A stretch of 13,636 nucleotides of DNA from Promethearchaeota archaeon (GTDB taxonomy: Archaea; Asgardarchaeota; Lokiarchaeia; Sigyniarchaeales; SOKP01), in the NCBI GenBank assembly GCA_013375475.1, contig JABXKD010000089.1:1-13636 (forward strand), given 5' to 3'. The first letter of the stretch is position 1. Each line of letters starts with the position of its first letter. Positions 1-6,091 of this stretch are shown piece by piece. A model generated the notes under the pieces. It was not told the origin of the DNA. It worked only from the letters and a program-made list of their open reading frames with translations, and searched no databases. A program made the position numbers and the translations under genes.

Positions 1-1
1 A

Positions 2-1849
2 AAAGAGATATTTGATGTTTCAAGACTCTCTGAGAAGAGTCTTGATATTGTTCAAGAATATCATGATAATATAAAAGTAGGGGAAAGAGAGAAAAATACC
101 ATTAAAAAAGAGAGTAATAAAATCCCTCTTAATTTAGAAGAGTTTTTGGGCGAACCGGAGTCGTCTATTTCGGAAAAAGTATTAGACAATCCGAAACTAA
201 CTAATGAGAAAAATATGCTTGGAGTACAAACTAATCCTTATATAATATCATTAAAAAAAGAAACAATTGCCACCAAAGAAGCAGAAATGGAAAAGTCAAC
301 AAAAAAATCAAGAAAAAAGTCAACAAAAAAATCAAGAAAAAAGAAAGATTTTGTTGAAAAAAAGAAGAATTTGCCACCCATGATAAAAATTGGATCTCAT
401 CAATTAAATTCTAAAATTGAACCTCAACCAGCCCAAAAGCAACAATTAACGGACATAAAACAGCAATTAAGGCAAAAAGATCAAAAATTAATGTATAAAA
501 ATAGTACAAAAATTAAAGAAGAAAAATCAAGAAAGGACAAACCGTTACTTAGAACATTTTTTTCTCCAGAAACAATACAAAAGATTCGTTTTTTCCATTT
601 TAAAATTAAACATTTAGAAATGGCAATGCGAAAAAATGAAGATTTCTCATTCAACGATCTTGATTCTATTGTAGATTATGTAGAAATCTTAAACATTAAT
701 TACAAAACTCAGAGCCAAATAAAAATCTTAAAAGAATTAGATATTACTCCATCTTTTTTTGATCCCCTTGAAAAGAAAGAGATAGAAATATGGGATTTAA
801 TGTTTGAATGTGCACGGGTATTATGGGTAGCGGCACAAGCATGTTCTAATCTTTCTAAGAAATTCGAATCTGAAGATGTTTTGAAAAATGCGATAGTAGC
901 GATGGTAGAATGTAGTAAAATGTATAAGGCTGCAGCATATTTTAGTGCGGCATGTACTCGCCAAGAAAACAGAGGAACTACATTGACCGCTGGAAATCTT
1001 GAACTAAATTCTGAGGAATCTCGAATTCTCGCTCAAAGTCTCGCTACTATGCGCGAAGAACAAAAACAAAACCTATCAATAGCATCAAAACTATGTGCAG
1101 GATTGAGTGCATTAACAAAAAGATTATACTTTTTAAAAAAATATGATCAAGTAAAGGAAAAACAGTTAAAAGCTCAATATAATTACGATATGGGCAAAGC
1201 TTGTCATTTGAAAGCTAAATTATTATTAAAAATGTCAGATGATGGTGAAAATAATGAACGCATTGAAGATATACAGAAACAAGCTAATTATTATTTTTAC
1301 AAAGCGGAAGAAACATGGGAATACATGTTAGAGAATTTAAAAGAACTTTCAAATTATGAAAAGGAAAACATACAAGCTAATTTGTCAATCGTTAATGAAT
1401 ACATAATAGAAAATGACGTTGAAATTATAGAAGATAATGAAGCCATGAAATTTCAAGATCCGGAGCCGTTAATCATAGTCCCAGAAAATTTAGCACCATT
1501 TTTACCAAGGACTACTAATTATCTAACTCAATACAAACCAAAAGATCTCAATTTTTACGCTTATAGACGTTATAAAGATCTACTCTCAGAAATTTCGGTT
1601 GATTATAACAAAATGGATGAATTACAAAATAAGAAAGCAGGAATCGGTCGAACATTGAAACAATTGAGAGTTTTGTATGATAATAATGATATTGATATCA
1701 GTGAGTTTACTCATCTTTTTGAAAAATATTCAACCAGACTCGTAACAATTGAGAATGTTATTGAAAAATTAAAAAATCCTGAGAAAAAAAGCAACATTAA
1801 TAAGCAACAAATAGAAGAAAAAAAATCTAAAATATTAATCAAATTATAA
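2..1849 (+). CDS. 5'-truncated hypothetical protein: Lys-rich low-complexity N-region, putative Bro1-like helical domain and C-terminal steadiness-box-like hairpin (paralogue of 2269-4263)
   Basis: The frame is open from position 2 (KEIFDVSRLSEKSLD...) through the TTG at 146, so the true start probably lies upstream of the window; stop TAA at 1847-1849. Region 545-1780 aligns nearly gap-free with 2974-4203. Bro1-like motifs: FFDPL..IWDLMFECARVLW..AQACSNLS, LTAGNLELNSEESRILAQ, NLSIASKL. The CDS is secure; the domain call is inference. Confidence 0.85.
   Translation, partial: KEIFDVSRLSEKSLDIVQEYHDNIKVGEREKNTIKKESNKIPLNLEEFLGEPESSISEKVLDNPKLTNEKNMLGVQTNPYIISLKKETIATKEAEMEKSTKKSRKKSTKKSRKKKDFVEKKKNLPPMIKIGSHQLNSKIEPQPAQKQQLTDIKQQLRQKDQKLMYKNSTKIKEEKSRKDKPLLRTFFSPETIQKIRFFHFKIKHLEMAMRKNEDFSFNDLDSIVDYVEILNINYKTQSQIKILKELDITPSFFDPLEKKEIEIWDLMFECARVLWVAAQACSNLSKKFESEDVLKNAIVAMVECSKMYKAAAYFSAACTRQENRGTTLTAGNLELNSEESRILAQSLATMREEQKQNLSIASKLCAGLSALTKRLYFLKKYDQVKEKQLKAQYNYDMGKACHLKAKLLLKMSDDGENNERIEDIQKQANYYFYKAEETWEYMLENLKELSNYEKENIQANLSIVNEYIIENDVEIIEDNEAMKFQDPEPLIIVPENLAPFLPRTTNYLTQYKPKDLNFYAYRRYKDLLSEISVDYNKMDELQNKKAGIGRTLKQLRVLYDNNDIDISEFTHLFEKYSTRLVTIENVIEKLKNPEKKSNINKQQIEEKKSKILIKL
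291..338 (+). repeat. Perfect 24-bp tandem repeat (AAAAGTCAACAAAAAAATCAAGAA x2) encoding KSTKKSRK x2
   Basis: Units at 291-314 and 315-338 are identical, followed by a partial AAAAG (339-343); in frame within the first CDS. Confidence 0.95.
545..1780 (+). repeat. Diverged gene-scale duplication, copy 1 (copy 2 at 2974-4203)
   Basis: Shared peptide blocks NYKTQSQIKILKELDI, NAIVAMVECSKMYK, AAYFSAACTRQE, NLELNSEESRI, AGLSALTKRL, ACHLKAK, QDPEPLII, KAGIGRT. The offset shifts from 2429 to 2423 nt through one 2-codon indel. Confidence 0.95.
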
Positions 1850-1851
1850 TA

Positions 1852-2115
1852 GTATAAAAACTGAAGTTTCTTGTTATCTTTATGTGAAATTAAAATTTCA
1901 GCTTTTTCCTTTTGAAATCTGAAATCTAATTTAACTCTATCTATTCTGTCCTTTTAGATACCTTCTTCTAATAAATACTCATGTAATAAATTCTGAAGAT
2001 CTTTCTTATCACTTGGCGTTGTATACAATATGGTTGAAAATTTGGATATGTGGAAGATTATATTCTCAGATTTATTAATATTTATATAATTGAGAACTAA
2101 CAGTTTTGGAATAGC
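1852..2115 (-). pseudogene. Possible degraded minus-strand gene remnant in the spacer between the paralogues
   Basis: Minus-strand frame reads AIPKLLVLNYININKSENIIFHISKFSTILYTTPSDKKDLQNLLHEYLLEEGI*KDRIDRVKLDFRFQKEKAEILISHKDNKKLQFLY with a single in-frame TAA at 1954-1956. No ATG start and no recognisable family. Confidence 0.3.
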
Positions 2116-2268
2116 TTAAGTTATACCCAGATTGTTATCAGCTAGCTTACTTTTGGTATAACAAAATATATTTTTATTATAACAAATTCCTCGGAAGGAT
2201 GATTAAGTTTAAAATGAACAATTGAATAAGTATAATATAGGTATTGAAGTCAATATTATGTGATTAAT

Positions 2269-4263
2269 ATGCACTCGATAATGCAAATAGCTAATGGTAT
2301 CGGTATAGTAAATGCAGAAAGAATGAAGCAAAAAGGAATAGACTCGATAGAAAAACTCGCATCTTCTCATGTAGAAGATATAATTAGAATTGATGGTATT
2401 GGAATTAATAACGCGAAAACTTATATCGAAATCGCTAAAAAGCATCTAAAGAGTATGAGGACAAGAGAAAGAATCCAAAATATTATTAAAAAAGATAAAA
2501 CTCCAGAAGTATCAAGTGCAGAAACGAAAACTTGCGATCTAATGCTATTTGGAACGAACCGACACAAGATTTCTTTAGATTCCATAAAGAAACTCGCTTC
2601 TTCCAATGTAGAAGATATTTCCAGACAAAAGGGTATTGAAATATCGAATGCAAAAAGGTACATCGAAATTGCAAATAAATATCTTGAGAGTATGAGGATA
2701 CGCGAAAGAGAAGAAGATATTGTAGAAATAGTATCTCTTAAACAAAAAAATGAAATTAAAATTCCCAACGACTCAAAACTAAAAAAAGTTGCTCTTACAC
2801 CAAAAATAAAAAATATGAAATATCCTCGAGATCTAACAGTTAAAACGCGAATTCCAGAAAGGGGAGGAACTTATCAAAAAATGCAGGATATTGATGTTAA
2901 GTCGACCAAGAGAGCCAGTTCTAGAATTAACATAAAAACAGGTAGAAAAAAAGAAACGACACGCAGTCCTTCAATTCTAAAAACCTTTTTCCCTTTGGAA
3001 ACAATACAAAGAATTCGTTTTTTACACTATAAAATTAAGAATTTAGAAGAAGCATTATGGAAAAATAAAGAGTTCTCCTCTTCTGAGCTTAATTATGTTT
3101 TAGATTATATAAAAATCCTTAATGTGAATTATAAAACCCAAAGTCAAATTAAGATCCTTAAAGAACTAGATATTTCCAATACGTTCTATGATCCTTTAGA
3201 TAAAAAAGAAATAAAAATCTGGGATTTAATATTCGAGTGTTCGCGAGTGTTATGGATTTTAGCGCAAGCGTATTCAAATCTTTCTAAAAAATACGAAGCA
3301 GAAAATTTAATGGAAAATGCAATAGTGGCTATGGTAGAATGTAGTAAGATGTATAAAACTGCTGCATATTTCAGTGCTGCATGTACTAGACAGGAAAGTA
3401 AAGGTTCTACATTATCTGTTGAGAACCTTGAATTAAATTCTGAAGAATCTCGAATATTTGCTCAAGTTCTTGCTACTACAAGTGAAGAAAATAAAAGAAA
3501 TTATTCAATCGCGGCGAAATTATCAGCAGGATTGAGTGCATTGACCAAACGATTAGCGTTTGTTAAGAGATCCGATAAAATCAGGGAAAATCAGTATAAA
3601 GCTCAATATCAGTATGACATAGGCAGAGCGTGCCATTTGAAAGCTAAATCCTTATTTATATTGTTACCTGAGGAAAGAAATGTGGAAAATATAGAAAATT
3701 TACAGAAGAAAGCAAATTATTATTACCACAAAGCAGAAGATTTATGGGAAAACATGCTAAAAGAAACACTACACCCTATTGAGAAAGAGTGCTTAAAAAA
3801 TAATTTGTCAATAGTAAATGATTATATTATAGAAAACGACACGGAGCTTATAGACGATAACGAAGCGTTGGAGATTCAAGATCCGGAACCACTTATAATC
3901 ATCCCTGAAAATCTGGCGCCGTTTATTCCAAGAACAACTAGTTACTTAACCATATACAAGCAAACAGAACTTAATTTCGACGCTTATCTACGTTATAAGA
4001 ATTTAATGGCTGATGTTTTGGTAAACTTTAATAAAATAGAAGAATTAAAAAACAACAAAGCAGGTATTGGTCGAACTATAAAACAATTAAAGATTCTCTA
4101 TGAGAATAACGATATCGATATTAATAGTTTTACCGAGCTCTTCGAAAAATATTCGATAAAACTTGAAACCATTGAAAGTGCGATAGAAAACCTTAGGACT
4201 CCTGCGAATAAAAAAACCCAGAATAAAATAAAATCACCGTTAATTGAAAGTACCGTGAGGTGA
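2269..4263 (+). CDS. Helix-hairpin-helix (RadA N-terminal/HHH_5-like) repeat protein with basic linker, putative Bro1-like domain and steadiness-box-like C-terminus
   Basis: ORF of 667 aa from GTG 2260; ATG 2269 preferred as start. N-terminus ANGIGIVNAERMKQKGIDSIEKLASSHVEDIIRIDGIGINNAKTYIEIAK matches the double-HhH pattern (GIG..A..L...G..S.E.LA.....L..I.GIG...A..II..A). C-terminal ~410 aa is paralogous to the upstream CDS. Confidence 0.9.
   Translation: MHSIMQIANGIGIVNAERMKQKGIDSIEKLASSHVEDIIRIDGIGINNAKTYIEIAKKHLKSMRTRERIQNIIKKDKTPEVSSAETKTCDLMLFGTNRHKISLDSIKKLASSNVEDISRQKGIEISNAKRYIEIANKYLESMRIREREEDIVEIVSLKQKNEIKIPNDSKLKKVALTPKIKNMKYPRDLTVKTRIPERGGTYQKMQDIDVKSTKRASSRINIKTGRKKETTRSPSILKTFFPLETIQRIRFLHYKIKNLEEALWKNKEFSSSELNYVLDYIKILNVNYKTQSQIKILKELDISNTFYDPLDKKEIKIWDLIFECSRVLWILAQAYSNLSKKYEAENLMENAIVAMVECSKMYKTAAYFSAACTRQESKGSTLSVENLELNSEESRIFAQVLATTSEENKRNYSIAAKLSAGLSALTKRLAFVKRSDKIRENQYKAQYQYDIGRACHLKAKSLFILLPEERNVENIENLQKKANYYYHKAEDLWENMLKETLHPIEKECLKNNLSIVNDYIIENDTELIDDNEALEIQDPEPLIIIPENLAPFIPRTTSYLTIYKQTELNFDAYLRYKNLMADVLVNFNKIEELKNNKAGIGRTIKQLKILYENNDIDINSFTELFEKYSIKLETIESAIENLRTPANKKTQNKIKSPLIESTVR
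2341..2706 (+). repeat. Internal diverged duplication of the HhH module (2341-2469 vs 2578-2706, offset 237 nt)
   Basis: DSIEKLASSHVEDIIRIDGIGINNAKTYIEIAKKHLKSMRTRE vs DSIKKLASSNVEDISRQKGIEISNAKRYIEIANKYLESMRIRE; shared DNA blocks AAACTCGC, ATGTAGAAGATAT, ATCGAAAT, GAGTATGAGG. Confidence 0.9.
2974..4203 (+). repeat. Diverged gene-scale duplication, copy 2 (copy 1 at 545-1780)
   Basis: Colinear protein alignment with the first CDS, roughly 60% identity by eye. Confidence 0.95.
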
Positions 4264-4760
4264 CTCCTATTTCGAGATTTATTAAGTATTTAAAGACAGT
4301 GTTATTCTATGTCTCACTAGGAATTATACTTATTATCTACCTAAATAATCGATTAGTAGGAATATACTTGGCAAGTATAGTTTTCGTAGTATACTTAGTA
4401 TCTTTTTTAATTTCACTTTCTTCTAAGAGAAGACTTCTAAAAATCATTCGAGAATATCCAATTATAAGCGACAAAGAAATTTCTAATAAATTAGAGCGTC
4501 CTTTAGACGATGTTAGGAATATTCTATTCTCGTTATCTAAAAATCAGAAAAAAAAAAAATGGTTAATAATATTCCTGAATACACGGTATATATTTGTCAA
4601 CGAACGCGCAGTTGAGAATTATAAACAACTATATTATATGGGTTACAATGAAAAAAAAATTCTAGAACATTTGCAACGTATCACAAGAATTAAATCCAGA
4701 GCTGAAGTAAAAGCTATTGAACTCACACTTACTAATCAAAAAAGACTTAAGAATAAGTAG
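4260..4760 (+). CDS. Small membrane protein: two N-terminal TM helices plus a basic winged-helix/HTH-like C-terminal region
   Basis: GTG start overlaps the upstream TGA stop (GTGA, 4260-4263). Hydrophobic stretches VLFYVSLGIILIIYL and LVGIYLASIVFVVYLVSFLISL form a hairpin. They are followed by LLKIIREYPIISDKEISNKLERPLDDVRNILFSL (HTH-like spacing) and a beta-wing-like WLIIFLNTRYIFVN. Confidence 0.8.
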   Translation: MTPISRFIKYLKTVLFYVSLGIILIIYLNNRLVGIYLASIVFVVYLVSFLISLSSKRRLLKIIREYPIISDKEISNKLERPLDDVRNILFSLSKNQKKKKWLIIFLNTRYIFVNERAVENYKQLYYMGYNEKKILEHLQRITRIKSRAEVKAIELTLTNQKRLKNK

Positions 4761-4766
4761 TTGCTG

Positions 4767-5900
4767 TTAATTTAACTCTTTGAATTTCTCTAATAATTTT
4801 CTCTGTTCCTCTGTAACTTTTTTCGGAATTTCAACGGTAACTACTATGTATTGATCCCCTTTTCCTTTTCCCCTTAGATAAGTAGCACCCCTATTTTTAA
4901 TTCTAAATTCCGTTCCATGCTGGGTTCCGGGGGGTACTTTAAATTCCTTTTCGGTTAATTTTTCATTTTTATAATCTAAAGTTGGAACGTTTATTTCTCC
5001 ACCCAAAATTGCGGTCACAATATCGATGTTAATAGGAGTAAATAAATCGTTTCCACGGCGAATAAAGCGTTCATTTTCTTCAATCCTTATACCTAAATAG
5101 AGATCACCCGGAATGGCTTTACTCGATGGAACATGCCCAGCGCCTTGAACTTTTAAATGAACACCATTTTCTATACCCGGGGGAATAGTTACATGAATAG
5201 TCTTAGTTTCAGCAACCACTTTTCTACCATCACATACTGGACACTTTTTCTTAATTATTTTACCTGTTCCGTTACAGTTATAGCATTCAGCTTCACGAAT
5301 TATCGTACCGAAACCAGATTGGGTCATTTTTCTTACTCTACCAGCACCTTCGCATTGAGGACAAGTTCTTATACTTGAAGGATCCTCTGCTCCAGTTCCT
5401 TCACATTCATCGCAAGGCGTGAATCTTTGAATAACCACATCTTTTTTCGAACCAAACATCGCTTCTTCGAAAGTTATCTCTACAAAGTCTTCAATGTCTT
5501 GCCCAACCTCTCGGCGTGGAGCTGATCTTGTTCTACCTCTGGAACCAAAAATGCTACCAAATCCAAAATCGTCTCCTCCAAAAATGGATCCACCCCCTCC
5601 AAAAATAGATCTGAGTAATTCGTCAATACCAGGGATTCCTCCTCTCATAAAACTACTCATATCTACATCTACGCCACTAAAACCGTATCTATCGTAGTTA
5701 CTTCTCTTATTATCGTCGCTTAATACCTCGTATGCCTCTTGAAGTTCGATAAACTTTTCTTTAGCCTTAGGATCAGTTTTATTCAGATCTGGATGGAGCT
5801 TCCTCGCTAAACGCCTGTAAGCAAGTTTAATGTCGTTCTCACTTGCATTCTTTTCTACTCCTAGTACTTCGTAGTAATCTCGTTTTTTATTCGTACTCAT
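4767..5900 (-). CDS. dnaJ: Molecular chaperone DnaJ (class A J-domain protein)
   Basis: J-domain DYYEVLGV...HPD...AYEVLSD, G/F-rich region, four Zn-finger repeats ([32 protein letters not shown]), C-terminal GDLY and PPGTQ motifs. Confidence 0.98.
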   Translation of the reverse strand: MSTNKKRDYYEVLGVEKNASENDIKLAYRRLARKLHPDLNKTDPKAKEKFIELQEAYEVLSDDNKRSNYDRYGFSGVDVDMSSFMRGGIPGIDELLRSIFGGGGSIFGGDDFGFGSIFGSRGRTRSAPRREVGQDIEDFVEITFEEAMFGSKKDVVIQRFTPCDECEGTGAEDPSSIRTCPQCEGAGRVRKMTQSGFGTIIREAECYNCNGTGKIIKKKCPVCDGRKVVAETKTIHVTIPPGIENGVHLKVQGAGHVPSSKAIPGDLYLGIRIEENERFIRRGNDLFTPINIDIVTAILGGEINVPTLDYKNEKLTEKEFKVPPGTQHGTEFRIKNRGATYLRGKGKGDQYIVVTVEIPKKVTEEQRKLLEKFKELN

Positions 5901-6001
5901 TATCTAATTGCCACGTTATGATCTCTTATAAGTTTAAATTCTATTAAATAAAATTAATTATGAAATTTATCTTTTTAGGTATTAGCTTATCTATAAAGAG
6001 A

Positions 6002-6016
6002 TATATAAACTTTTAA
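6002..6016 (-). promoter_or_regulatory. Putative archaeal BRE-TATA promoter for dnaJ
   Basis: Minus strand reads TTAAAAG-TTTATATA (purine-rich BRE-like segment followed by a consensus TATA box) ~100 bp upstream of the dnaJ ATG, in the 191-bp dnaK-dnaJ spacer. The AT-rich background limits certainty. Confidence 0.45.
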
Positions 6017-6091
6017 AAAATAGATATTCCATGAAACTGTAAATATAAGAAAAAGAAATAAAATGGGATTATTACTAATTATTGCAAGAAA

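Noticed and set aside
146-148. TTG start assigned by the ORF track to the first CDS
   Set aside because: The frame is open to the window edge with protein-like sequence, so the real start is probably upstream.
2269-2450. Calling the second CDS RadA/Rad51
   Set aside because: Only the N-terminal HhH resembles RadA; there is no Walker A/B ATPase domain.
2209-2768. Minus-strand ORFs 2209-2445, 2421-2768 and 2486-2674
   Set aside because: Antisense shadows of the HhH-containing CDS with no recognisable motifs.
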